Assembly: GCA_965224195.1 (NCBI GenBank)
Contig: OZ245040.1
Location: 800,001-864,000 of the forward strand
Length of the DNA stretch: 64,000 bases
Direction of reading: 5' to 3'
Origin: Nitrosopumilus sp.
Lineage (GTDB): Archaea > Thermoproteota > Nitrososphaeria > Nitrososphaerales > Nitrosopumilaceae
The position numbers were made by a program, and so were the translations under genes. Positions 54,779-64,000 of the stretch are shown in pieces. Under the pieces are notes generated by a model, which made no database searches, had not been told where the DNA came from, and saw nothing but the letters and a program-made list of their open reading frames with translations. How positions within the stretch are numbered: the stretch's first letter is position 1; each line of letters begins with the position of its first letter.

Positions 54779-55735
54779 ATGCTTGTACAGCAATCCTCAG
54801 CACTCAAAGAAGAGATTCTGAGACTAAAGAAAGAAAAAGATGTGGTGATTTTAGCACACAATTATCAGATTCCTGATGTACAAGACGTGGCTGATTTTAC
54901 TGGTGATTCTTTAGGACTATCTAGACAAGCCGCAACAGTTACACAAAAAACAATTCTCTTTTGTGGTGTGAACTTTATGGCCGAAACTGCTGCAATCATA
55001 AGTCCTCAAAAAACTGTATTACTTCCTGATTTAGAAGCTGGTTGCTCATTATCTGATTCAATTACTGTTGATGAATTAAGAAATTGGAAGAAACAACATC
55101 CTGATGCAATTGCAGTTGGATATGTTAACACTACTGCTGAAATTAAAGCAGAACTTGACTATTGTTGCACTTCATCTAATGCAGTAAATGTTGTCAAAGC
55201 AATTCCTGAATACAAAGAAATTTTGTTTTTACCTGACATGTTTCTGGGATCTTATGTTGCTAAAATGACTGGTAGAAAAAATATGCATATTTGGGCTGGT
55301 GAATGTCATGTTCATGCAGGAATTACCCCTGAAGATGTAACTAAAAAATTAGAATCCATGCAAGATGCTGAATTTGTTATACATCCTGAATGTAGTTGTA
55401 CTACACCAATGATGTATGATGTTGCAGATGGAAGTTATGATGACAAAAAAGTTTCAATACTTTCTACTGAGGGAATGCTAAATCATGTAAAAGAATCAAA
55501 TGCAAAGAATTTTGTTGTTGCAACTGAAACTGGAATTTTATATCGAATGAAAAAAGATAATCCTGATAAAACATTCATTCCTGCATCAGAAAAAGCAGAA
55601 TGTCAATATATGAAAATGATTACACTTGAAAAAGTATATGATGCATTGATAAATGAAAAAAATGTTGTCACAGTTCCTAAAGAAATTGCAGATAAAGCCC
55701 GTTTAGCAATTGATAGAATGCTTGCAATTAGCTAA
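54779..55735 (+). CDS. nadA: Quinolinate synthase
   Basis: LAHNYQ, FCGVNFMAE, HPEC and CQYMK motifs. Confidence 0.95.
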   Translation: MLVQQSSALKEEILRLKKEKDVVILAHNYQIPDVQDVADFTGDSLGLSRQAATVTQKTILFCGVNFMAETAAIISPQKTVLLPDLEAGCSLSDSITVDELRNWKKQHPDAIAVGYVNTTAEIKAELDYCCTSSNAVNVVKAIPEYKEILFLPDMFLGSYVAKMTGRKNMHIWAGECHVHAGITPEDVTKKLESMQDAEFVIHPECSCTTPMMYDVADGSYDDKKVSILSTEGMLNHVKESNAKNFVVATETGILYRMKKDNPDKTFIPASEKAECQYMKMITLEKVYDALINEKNVVTVPKEIADKARLAIDRMLAIS

Positions 55736-55746
55736 TTTGTTTAATT

Positions 55747-56139
55747 ATGACTGGATTATTTTCAAGAGAGCCTAAAGATCCTCAACAGAAAAAAAATGCT
55801 CAAAAATTAAAAGAAGTAAAAAAACTTGTTAAAGAAAAAAAATATGCTGAGGCTTTAAAATTGGGCACAGAATATTTACAAAAAGTACCAAATCATCATG
55901 ATATCCTATTTACTATGGGTGGAATCTACTATTTGAAAAATAAATACAAAACTGCTATTTCTTATTTTGACCAGGCTCTTGAAATTGGAAATTATGACAT
56001 TGATGTTTTATTACTAAAAGCATACTCTCATCAAAAATTGGGAGAAAATAAACGAGTACTGCAATGCTGTGAAAAAATTAAAGAAATAGATCCAAAAAAT
56101 AAATTAGTAGCAAATTTGTTAGAGCAATTAAATTCTTAA
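55747..56139 (+). CDS. TPR protein
   Basis: TPR-like helical repeats. Confidence 0.8.
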   Translation: MTGLFSREPKDPQQKKNAQKLKEVKKLVKEKKYAEALKLGTEYLQKVPNHHDILFTMGGIYYLKNKYKTAISYFDQALEIGNYDIDVLLLKAYSHQKLGENKRVLQCCEKIKEIDPKNKLVANLLEQLNS

Positions 56140-56951
56140 ATCTCTAAACTCATATCAATTCCTTTAACGGAATTTGTAATACTTCCCACTGAAATTATAT
56201 CTACATCTGTTTGACCATATTTTGAAATATTTGTGGAATTAATCCCACCTGATGCTTCAAGTAAGACTTTTTTTCTTAATTTTTGACTTTTCAACATTTG
56301 AATTGTTTTCTTAATTTGTGCTGGTGTAAAATTATCTAACATAATTATGCTTGCACCTTCTTTTGCAGCTAATATTGCATCCGAAGTATTTTCAACTTCA
56401 ACTTCAAATTTTTTATATTTTTTCTTTGCTTTTTTAATTAATGATAATAATGAATCCCCTACTGCGATATGATTATCTTTAATCATTACCATCTCATCTA
56501 ATCTGAGTCTATGTTTTTTACCTCCTCCTATTTCTACTGCTTCTTTGTCAAAATATCTTAGTCCTGGAGCCGTTTTTCTAGTTGCATACAATTTTGTTTT
56601 CTTTGGAATTTTTTCCACTAGTGTGTTTGTTTGAGTTGCAATACCGCTCATTCTTGTTAAAAGATTTAATGCTGTTCTTTCACATGTCAAAATATTTCCT
56701 GCATTTCCGGTGATGGTCATTATAGTTTGATTTGGTCTTATTTTAGAACCGTCTTTTTTCAAAATTTTAGAATTACACCCTTTTAGTTTAAAAATATCTT
56801 TAGCGTACGTTACACCTGCAAGTACAGCTGTTTCTCTAGAAATTATTTTTACTAAGATTTTTTTCTTTGGTAATAGTTTACTTGTAATGTCTCCTTTACC
56901 TATGTCTTCAGTCAGAAATTGTAATAATTGTTTTTTAGAATTAAATGTCAA
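56136..56951 (-). CDS. nadC: Quinolinate phosphoribosyltransferase
   Basis: TRKTAPG, IKDNH, MLDN and EASGG motifs. Confidence 0.95.
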   Translation of the reverse strand: MTFNSKKQLLQFLTEDIGKGDITSKLLPKKKILVKIISRETAVLAGVTYAKDIFKLKGCNSKILKKDGSKIRPNQTIMTITGNAGNILTCERTALNLLTRMSGIATQTNTLVEKIPKKTKLYATRKTAPGLRYFDKEAVEIGGGKKHRLRLDEMVMIKDNHIAVGDSLLSLIKKAKKKYKKFEVEVENTSDAILAAKEGASIIMLDNFTPAQIKKTIQMLKSQKLRKKVLLEASGGINSTNISKYGQTDVDIISVGSITNSVKGIDMSLEI

Positions 56952-56986
56952 TATACTGATGAAATGTTAATATGATTTTAAAGATT

Positions 56987-57175
56987 TTATGTTACTTTAA
57001 TTGCGTATTTGCCTTTTGTAGTGATACCTAATGTTTTTGAGATTTCTGAATTTGTTGGATCAACTACTAGTACAACTCCAATCCAATCTGGTGTCAAATC
57101 TGATGATTTACAATTAGGACATACTTTTAGAGTTGTTACATGTTTACATTTGCGGCATGCCATTTCTCGTGCCAT
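56987..57175 (-). CDS. spt4: Transcription elongation factor Spt4 (RpoE'')
   Basis: ACRKC...CPNC...W.G...GKYAIKV pattern. Confidence 0.93.
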   Translation of the reverse strand: MAREMACRKCKHVTTLKVCPNCKSSDLTPDWIGVVLVVDPTNSEISKTLGITTKGKYAIKVT

Positions 57176-57176
57176 T

Positions 57177-57773
57177 CTAACTTGCCTCTATTTTTTCTTC
57201 CTTTGCTGGCTCTTCTTTGCCACCGCTGGCTTTCTTAATTTCTTCTACAATCCAATCATCTGCACCGAGGAATGGTTGTCTACATGTGATTCCAATCTTA
57301 CCCATTGCTGCAGCTTTTCCTAATGATACTGCAGTGATTCTTGCACGAAGTGTTGAACCAACTTTTAGTGTTCTACCACTTTGATTTGCTAATATCATTC
57401 CAGATTTTACGTCACTCTTAAGATAATCATCCATTACTTGTGACAAGTGAAGTAATGCATCAGTTGGACCAATTCTTACAAATGCTCCAAAGTCTGTAAT
57501 ATCTACAATTTCACCTTGAACAATTTCTTGCAATTTTGGATAAAATGTTAATGCTTCAAATTCAACTTTATGGAATGTTCCACCGTCACCGGCAATCATC
57601 TTTCCCATCTCATCAACTTTGGCATCTAAAATCATAATGATATATCCTAAATCTGCATTAATCATACTCTCGTACTTTTCTTTGAGAATGTTTACTCCTG
57701 CCTTTTTGAGTGTGGTTCCAAACAAGCTTGGAGGAATCCTAACAACATCAACTAGGGTAGATATAGAAAACAA
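57177..57773 (-). CDS. rpoE1: RNA polymerase subunit E' (Rpo7)
   Basis: VRIPP, S1 domain FGAFVRIGP and CRQPFLG. Confidence 0.93.
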   Translation of the reverse strand: MFSISTLVDVVRIPPSLFGTTLKKAGVNILKEKYESMINADLGYIIMILDAKVDEMGKMIAGDGGTFHKVEFEALTFYPKLQEIVQGEIVDITDFGAFVRIGPTDALLHLSQVMDDYLKSDVKSGMILANQSGRTLKVGSTLRARITAVSLGKAAAMGKIGITCRQPFLGADDWIVEEIKKASGGKEEPAKEEKIEAS

Positions 57774-57922
57774 ATGTACAGTTTTTCTCGAATTTCAATT
57801 TATGAATGTTTAGATGATTTTAGGCATAAATTCTCAAAGTTTTTTCGTATTTTTCAAATAAATGCCCATTTCTTTTGGTCTCTAACTTATGTTTAAATAA
57901 AGTAAACTGACTTTTTGACGCA

Positions 57923-59035
57923 ATGGTTGGTATCGATCAAGTTCTTGAAAAACTCAGTACTGTAATTGATCCTGATTTGAAAAAAGATATCGTATCCATG
58001 GGTATGATTAAAGATTTAGAACTTAATGATGGTAATCTCAAATTTACATTAGAATTAACTACTCCTGCATGTCCGTTCAATGTTGAAATTGAAGATGATG
58101 TCAGAAAGGCAATTGCAGACCTTTCTGATTTGAAAAATTTTGATATGAAAGTAACTGCCAAAGTAATGGAGGGTCGTTCCCTTGATGATGATACTGGAAT
58201 GGCAACTGTCAAAAATATTATCGGTGTTGCAAGTGGAAAAGGTGGTGTAGGAAAATCAACGGTTTCTTTGAATTTAGCTTTAGCATTATCAGAATCAGGA
58301 GCAAAAGTTGGTTTGTTAGATGCTGATATCTATGGTCCTAGTATCCCATTGATGCTTGGAATGAAAGATGGATTTATGGAAGTAGAAGAAAATAAACTTC
58401 AACCTGCAGAATCTCATGGATTGAAAGTTGTATCTTTTGGTTTTTTTGCTGATCAATCAAACCAAGCTGCAATTTATCGAGGTCCAATTATTTCTGGAAT
58501 CTTGAAACAATTTCTAGTTGATACTAACTGGTCTGAATTGGATTATCTTATTGTAGATCTTCCTCCTGGCACTGGTGATATACCATTAACTTTAGCACAA
58601 ACAATTCCTATTACTGGAATACTTGTTGTTACAACTCCACAAGATGTTGCAAGTCATGTTGCAGTTAAAGCAGTTTCAATGTTTGAAAAATTAAACGTTC
58701 CAATTATTGGAGTTGTTGAAAACATGGCACATTTTATTTGTCCAAATTGTGATGACAAACATTACATCTTTGGTGAAGGTGGTGCAAAGAAAATTAGTGA
58801 ACAATTCAATATGCCATTTTTAGGTGAAATTCCATTAAATGCCGGAATTATGTCTGGTTCTGATTTAGGAAAACCTATCATGATTACAAATCCTGACTCT
58901 CCAAGTGCAGCAGCTTTTAGAAAAAGTGCTAAAAATATTGCAGCTCAATGTAGTATTCTTGCAGCAAAATTACAAGAAGAAATAGCATCTGAAAGTAATG
59001 AAGAAGAATCTGCACCTGAACCAAGTACTAGTTAG
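57923..59035 (+). CDS. Mrp/ApbC/NBP35 Fe-S carrier ATPase
   Basis: TTPACP, SGKGGVGKS, DLPPGTGD and CPNC motifs. Confidence 0.93.
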   Translation: MVGIDQVLEKLSTVIDPDLKKDIVSMGMIKDLELNDGNLKFTLELTTPACPFNVEIEDDVRKAIADLSDLKNFDMKVTAKVMEGRSLDDDTGMATVKNIIGVASGKGGVGKSTVSLNLALALSESGAKVGLLDADIYGPSIPLMLGMKDGFMEVEENKLQPAESHGLKVVSFGFFADQSNQAAIYRGPIISGILKQFLVDTNWSELDYLIVDLPPGTGDIPLTLAQTIPITGILVVTTPQDVASHVAVKAVSMFEKLNVPIIGVVENMAHFICPNCDDKHYIFGEGGAKKISEQFNMPFLGEIPLNAGIMSGSDLGKPIMITNPDSPSAAAFRKSAKNIAAQCSILAAKLQEEIASESNEEESAPEPSTS

Positions 59036-59041
59036 ATTCCT

Positions 59042-59536
59042 GTGAAATTACCTAATTCATTAAGAGAACAAATGAAAACTCCTCTAGGTGTACTCTTACC
59101 TGAAAACCAAGTAGACAAATCTAATATTCAAAAACATCTTTCAGAAAATTCCTACATCATTACTGTGGGAGATAGAACAACTGAAAAAATGATTAATTTT
59201 GATTTAATTCCTTCTTTGCAAATCATTGATGGTCTAGAGAAAAGAGAAAAAAGAGATCCTCCAAAGTTAGATAATGCGACAGAACTAACTGTGGATAACC
59301 CTGCAGCAGAAATAACTCCTCAAAGTATTGATATGATCAAAAAGGCATTTACCCTACAAATTCCTGTCAGACTTTTTGTAAATGGTGAGGAGGATCTTTT
59401 AGTGCTACCTGTATGTGTCCATGCACCTGAAAATACAGTTGTTTTGTATGGTCAGCCGAATCAAGGACTAGTAATAGTAAGAATAACTCCAGAAATTAGA
59501 AATAAAGTACAAGGACTACTTGATTTAATGGAATAA
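59042..59536 (+). CDS. GTP-dependent dephospho-CoA kinase (DUF359)
   Basis: TVGDRTT, GEEDLL and YGQPNQG motifs. Confidence 0.85.
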   Translation: MKLPNSLREQMKTPLGVLLPENQVDKSNIQKHLSENSYIITVGDRTTEKMINFDLIPSLQIIDGLEKREKRDPPKLDNATELTVDNPAAEITPQSIDMIKKAFTLQIPVRLFVNGEEDLLVLPVCVHAPENTVVLYGQPNQGLVIVRITPEIRNKVQGLLDLME

Positions 59537-59538
59537 TT

Positions 59539-59598
59539 GGGGAGTGATGAGACGGTGGCTGTATGATTGGTGATTACTCCACTTAACCTTCTGACCTC
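59539..59598 (+). ncRNA. Box C/D guide sRNA (candidate)
   Basis: C box GTGATGA (59544-50), 12-nt guide, D' ATGA (59563-66), C' GTGATTA (59570-76), 14-nt guide, D box CTGA (59591-94). Confidence 0.7.
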
Positions 59599-59689
59599 AT
59601 TAATTCATAATTTTATAGAATCAAAATACACTAAATTTTGTACAACTATTGACATGTCCAGATAAACACAGATTTCATCATGTATTGTT

Positions 59690-60067
59690 GTGAAGTTAGA
59701 CCCTGAACTTTCATTGCAAATTTTAGAAAAAGTTGGAATTTACTCTAATCGTTTCTCAATTTCTGAACCCAAAATTCTCTTGTCTACCAAAGAAGTATTG
59801 GATGCTCCTAAAGAGATGACTGAGGGTAGGAGAACATCTGCCTACAAGTATTATGGAGTTTCATATCTTCAACATAATCTTGTTTTCATCAATGTAAGAA
59901 AAACTCCTGATGAGAAGACTTTGGAGAATACAATAGTCCATGAATTAATCCATATGAGATTCCCGTATCTTGCTCATGGTAAAAGATTCAACAAATTAGT
60001 GCGACAAGGACTAAAAGGAAAGTCCTTTCCTCCATATAGAAAAAGAAGTAAGATCTCTGCTATTTGA
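59690..60067 (+). CDS. Small zincin-like (HExxH) protein
   Basis: IVHELIH...AHGKRF motif. Confidence 0.75.
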   Translation: MKLDPELSLQILEKVGIYSNRFSISEPKILLSTKEVLDAPKEMTEGRRTSAYKYYGVSYLQHNLVFINVRKTPDEKTLENTIVHELIHMRFPYLAHGKRFNKLVRQGLKGKSFPPYRKRSKISAI

Positions 60068-60103
60068 TTTATATTTCCCAGAATTGGGCAAGCAAAGTAT
60101 CTT

Positions 60104-62143
60104 ATGGAAATTCCAGAAATTCTGCCATTTATTGCAGCAATTGCATCATTTTTAGTCGCTGGTGGATTAGTATTTTGGATTACAAAACAACCTGCTGGAA
60201 CCAAAGAAATGATGGATATCTCAAATGCCGTCAAAGAAGGTGCTGCAGCATTTCTAAAACGTGAAATGATGATTATCGTTCCAGTAGCTATCGCATTAAC
60301 ATTAATTATTGGTATTTTCTTGACTCCGTCAAACGGAATTGCATTTGCTGTAGGTGCAGCATTATCTGCAGTCGCAGGAATTATCTCATTAAAAATTACA
60401 GTAAAAGCAGCAGTTAGGGCTGCAAATCTCAGTAGTGAAGGTTTAGGCAAAACATTTGCTATGGCCTTTAGAGGTGGAGCCACTGTAGGACTAGCAGTTC
60501 CAGCAATGGCACTAGTTGCAATCACTGGTCTTTATCTAATTTATCCAGACCCAATCACAATTGCCGGTGTCGGAATTGGAGCAAGTCTAATTGCATTATT
60601 TATCAGAATTGGTGGGGGTATCTTTACAAAAGCAGCAGACATGGGTGCTGACTTGGTAGGTAAAGTCGAGGTAAACATTCCAGAAGATGATCCTAGAAAC
60701 CCTGCAACAATTGCAGACAATGTCGGTGACAATGTAGGTGATGCAGCAGGAATGGGTTCTGATGTTTACGAATCATATATTGTTACAATACTTGCAGCAT
60801 TACTAATTGCAGCATTAATCGGTGCACCAAACTTTTTCCTTTATCCTATCTTAATTGGTTCATCAGGAATGATTGCATCTATCATTGGTGTTGTCATTGT
60901 TGGCTCAAAGGGAGTGACAGATGTTATGAAGCCGCTTAATCGTTCATTTTATGTTTCAGCTGCAATTGCAATTGGATTGAATTATGTGTTCATCACTCAG
61001 TTTATCGGAGATACTGCAACATCACATGCTCTCTTTGGTTCAACTGTTATTGGCGTCATTCTTGTTCCAGTAATTCAGAAAATTACAGATCACTATACTA
61101 GTTACAAAAAGGGACCTGTAAAAGAAATTGCAGATTCTGCAAAATGGGGATATGCATCATTAACTTTAATGGGCATTATCAAAGGCATGCAATCTACTGG
61201 ACCATTCATGATTGCATTAGTTGTCGCAATTATCTTATCTTACAGCATTGCATCTGGCGCAGCACCTGAAGGTGAAGACCCAGTACTTTATGGAATCTTT
61301 GGAACTGCCTTAACTGCAATGGCAATGTTGAGTTTAGCCGGAATTGTTCTTAGTATTGATGCATTTGGTCCAATTGCTGATAATGCAGGTGGCATTGTTG
61401 AGATGACCGGAATGGGCGAAGAAAATCGTAAAGTCACTGATGAAATTGATGCAGTTGGAAATACTACCAAAGCTGTTACCAAAGGCTTTGCAATTGCAAG
61501 TGCTGCTTTAGCTGCATTGGCAATGATTCAAGCATTCCAATTTGAGGCTGCTCATGTTTTCGCTGGTGTTTTAGTTTTAGATTATAGTTTAACCAATCCT
61601 GCAATTATTGTTGGATTACTCATTGGTGGTTTGATTCCGTTTATCATTACAGGTCAACTAATCAATGGTGTATCACGTGCTGCAGGAAAAATGGTTGATG
61701 AGGTTAGAAGACAATTCAAAGCAGACTCTGGTATTCTTGAAGGTACATCTAAACCTGATTATGCTAAATGTGTAGACATTGCAACTGTTGCATCAATTAA
61801 AGAACTGTGGAAGCCAGCTATTGTCGCAATTGTTTCTCCAATTATTTTAGGAATTTTATTAGGTCCAACAGCAGTCGCAGGATTGTTGATGGGTGCAGTT
61901 GTAACTGGAATTTTACTAGCATACCACTTGGCAAACACTGGTGGTGCATGGGATAATGCAAAGAAACTAGTTGAGATGAACGGAGAGAAAGGCTCTGAAA
62001 TTCACAAAGTTGCAGTAGTCGGAGATATTATCGGTGATCCTTACAAAGACACTGCTGGCCCTGCATTGAATACTGTCATCAAATTACTAAATACAATTGC
62101 AATCGTATTCGTATCGGCATTTGTTGCAATAATTGCAATCTAA
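60104..62143 (+). CDS. hppA: Membrane-bound H+-translocating pyrophosphatase (K+-independent signature)
   Basis: DMGADLVGKVE, DNVGDNVGD and GNTTKA motifs. Confidence 0.95.
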   Translation: MEIPEILPFIAAIASFLVAGGLVFWITKQPAGTKEMMDISNAVKEGAAAFLKREMMIIVPVAIALTLIIGIFLTPSNGIAFAVGAALSAVAGIISLKITVKAAVRAANLSSEGLGKTFAMAFRGGATVGLAVPAMALVAITGLYLIYPDPITIAGVGIGASLIALFIRIGGGIFTKAADMGADLVGKVEVNIPEDDPRNPATIADNVGDNVGDAAGMGSDVYESYIVTILAALLIAALIGAPNFFLYPILIGSSGMIASIIGVVIVGSKGVTDVMKPLNRSFYVSAAIAIGLNYVFITQFIGDTATSHALFGSTVIGVILVPVIQKITDHYTSYKKGPVKEIADSAKWGYASLTLMGIIKGMQSTGPFMIALVVAIILSYSIASGAAPEGEDPVLYGIFGTALTAMAMLSLAGIVLSIDAFGPIADNAGGIVEMTGMGEENRKVTDEIDAVGNTTKAVTKGFAIASAALAALAMIQAFQFEAAHVFAGVLVLDYSLTNPAIIVGLLIGGLIPFIITGQLINGVSRAAGKMVDEVRRQFKADSGILEGTSKPDYAKCVDIATVASIKELWKPAIVAIVSPIILGILLGPTAVAGLLMGAVVTGILLAYHLANTGGAWDNAKKLVEMNGEKGSEIHKVAVVGDIIGDPYKDTAGPALNTVIKLLNTIAIVFVSAFVAIIAI

Positions 62144-62278
62144 TCAATAAGATTAGATGCTCATCTAGTTTTCTCAGATTAATTCAATACTTTTTATTTT
62201 TGTTATGGTGCTGAGGGCAAGTTTTGTGAAATAAGATTAGTGTTCTTTAAAATATTGAGAAAATACAGGGCAAATTGA

Positions 62279-62434
62279 TTATTCTTGATAATGAACCAAC
62301 AATATTTTTTCCATAACTGGGTGGACTGCTATGATCTTTTCATTTTTTTCTGCTAAAAAGTCATTTACAACATCCTGAAGAAAAATTCCTGGCTTTAATT
62401 CATTGGCGTCAAAATATTTTATTTTGTGAACCAT
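62279..62434 (-). CDS. Small hypothetical protein (51 aa; not in ORF track)
   Basis: Hand translation MVHKIKYFDANELKPGIFLQDVVNDFLAEKNEKIIAVHPVMEKILLVHYQE*. Confidence 0.65.
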   Translation of the reverse strand: MVHKIKYFDANELKPGIFLQDVVNDFLAEKNEKIIAVHPVMEKILLVHYQE

Positions 62435-62604
62435 GTGTAAAATGAAGTAAAAATAGAATATAACAATGATGAATAGATAAAGAAACCTTTACGGTTTTAA
62501 TTTACTATAGTCGTAAGTCACAATAAATGAAAGAAAAAAGAATTTGAGAATATCTAAAAATAATCAAGTTTAAAATTAATCAAACAAAACTAATCCACAA
62601 TCTT

Positions 62605-62733
62605 CTATTTTTGATGTTTTGGTAAGCACTCTTTACAATATACAGGTCTGTCTGGTTTTGGTTCAAAAGGAACTTCTGAATCTTTGCCACAGTCTGAACA
62701 TGTGCATTTGTACATTTTTCTGTCTTCTGACAT
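62605..62733 (-). CDS. CxxC-x17-CxxC zinc-binding microprotein (42 aa; not in ORF track)
   Basis: Hand translation MSEDRKMYKCTCSDCGKDSEVPFEPKPDRPVYCKECLPKHQK*. Confidence 0.9.
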   Translation of the reverse strand: MSEDRKMYKCTCSDCGKDSEVPFEPKPDRPVYCKECLPKHQK

Positions 62734-62895
62734 GATTGAAATAAATTCTCTATCTATAAGAATGAACATTATTTGCAATTAATCCTGTATATTTACATCT
62801 AGTTTATGATATGAAGATGTCTGTGAGGTTTGAATGATTTTTGAAAGTATGGTTGCATTGTATTCATAATTCTTACAAATTTTTATGTCGATAAT

Positions 62896-63078
62896 TTAAT
62901 CTTCTCCAAATAACGTCATATCTAATTCATCAATTTGAGCTTGAATTGCTTTTTTCAATGTGACATCGTGTATTTCACAAAATTTGAAATAATTATCTGC
63001 AGTTTGGAAACATCCACAAATCCATTTTGTTTTTTTGTCTCCTTCAACTGTCCACTTTGAGTATTTGTTTTCAGACAT
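62896..63078 (-). CDS. Small Cys/His hypothetical protein
   Basis: WICGC...FCEIH. Confidence 0.65.
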   Translation of the reverse strand: MSENKYSKWTVEGDKKTKWICGCFQTADNYFKFCEIHDVTLKKAIQAQIDELDMTLFGED

Positions 63079-63135
63079 GGTTATTCTATATTGATTAATC
63101 TAAAAAATATGTCTTTGAATAAAAAGGAAAAATGA

Positions 63136-63393
63136 TTAAGGACAGCCTTCCATCTTTTGGATAAAGTAGCCTTTTTCCTTAATTGCCTGTTCTACAGGCT
63201 CTGGTGCTCCTTGTGAGTGACAGAATGTACATTCGTTTGTAGTCATTTCTGATTCACCTTCATTTACGGATTGTAACCATTCTTTACCATATGTGATGGC
63301 TTTGTCGTGGTCTTTTTCACCAGTGATTACATCAAAGTGCATGGTGTGACCATCTGCTGCTTTGACATAAGTGTCGTATACGTGAATTTCCAT
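63136..63393 (-). CDS. DUF2024-family protein
   Basis: HVYDTYV...MHFDV...CTFCH pattern. Confidence 0.8.
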   Translation of the reverse strand: MEIHVYDTYVKAADGHTMHFDVITGEKDHDKAITYGKEWLQSVNEGESEMTTNECTFCHSQGAPEPVEQAIKEKGYFIQKMEGCP

Positions 63394-63538
63394 AAATTTA
63401 ACTAAAAAAAGGGATATTTAATTCAAGAAGTGCTTTTAGGCGAGGCGTATTTGTGATTTATTTTATGATTGTCTAATTTGAAATTTTTTAAATTTCTCTG
63501 TGTTTATCTTTTAATATTCTCATACGAAATAATCTATT

Positions 63539-64000
63539 ATGAATAATCTCAGATGGGCACAAGGTTGGAGGGCAACTCTTGCAGGATCTTTGTTAGGTTT
63601 AGGAATTGGATTGGTTGTAATTGGTATTTTAGTTTTAGATATTCATACGATACAATCCGATTTTCAAAAAGAATATTCAAAAGATGTTAACGTAGAAGAC
63701 ACCTCTAAAATATTGTTATCCATAGATGCATTACAATTAAGCACCACGGGATCTTCTCTTCTTGCTATTGGTATTGCATTATCGTTAGGATCATATCCTT
63801 TTTTTGAAAGTTATGTAAACCTGAGGAAAAAAGCTATTGATGATTTTATGATTATTAATCCAATAATAGTAAGATGTCATAGTTTCATAGATGCAGGAAT
63901 TTCTGAATACACTGAACATTTAGAATTAGCACTTAGTAGAGATACGATAGAAAATCAAATCAATATAGTACATGCCATGTTAATGGGAAGATTCAGGAGA
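63539..64000 (+). CDS. Hypothetical membrane protein (3' end outside window)
   Basis: ATG at 63539, open to the window end, two hydrophobic segments. Confidence 0.65.
   Translation, partial: MNNLRWAQGWRATLAGSLLGLGIGLVVIGILVLDIHTIQSDFQKEYSKDVNVEDTSKILLSIDALQLSTTGSSLLAIGIALSLGSYPFFESYVNLRKKAIDDFMIINPIIVRCHSFIDAGISEYTEHLELALSRDTIENQINIVHAMLMGRFRR

Noticed and set aside
59974-60525. 183-aa antisense ORF over hppA, and similar antisense ORFs over core genes
   Set aside because: They overlap well-supported genes on the opposite strand and carry no motifs of their own.

Overview
This window comes from an ammonia-oxidising archaeon of the Nitrosopumilus type (Nitrososphaerota/Thaumarchaeota). From about 17.1 kb to 64 kb it is AT-rich core genome: the LysW-dependent Lys/Arg cluster, an ABC transporter, split MetH, rpl39e/rpl31e, ftsZ, nirK, nurA-herA-mre11-rad50, nad genes, rpoE'/spt4, hppA and a likely box C/D sRNA. 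The first ~17 kb is an accessory island, visibly more GC-rich over 1-15.8 kb and bounded by a tyrosine integrase that abuts the end of the lys cluster. The island carries (i) a 5'-truncated surface protein of more than 4,100 aa built from NHL repeats, nine Ig-like modules (seven with a five-repeat propeller inserted) and six FN3-like domains, (ii) a cupredoxin-fold CFI-box protein lacking its copper ligands, and (iii) the best candidate for an undescribed system. That candidate is two tandem paralogous genes, each encoding a Cys4 zinc-ribbon followed by 14 or 15 reshuffled 13-aa basic repeats with hypervariable positions. Each gene is preceded by the same 58-bp element, in opposite orientations, and each needs the same +1 frameshift to link its ATG to the coding frame. 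All function assignments come from motif recognition only; no searches were run.
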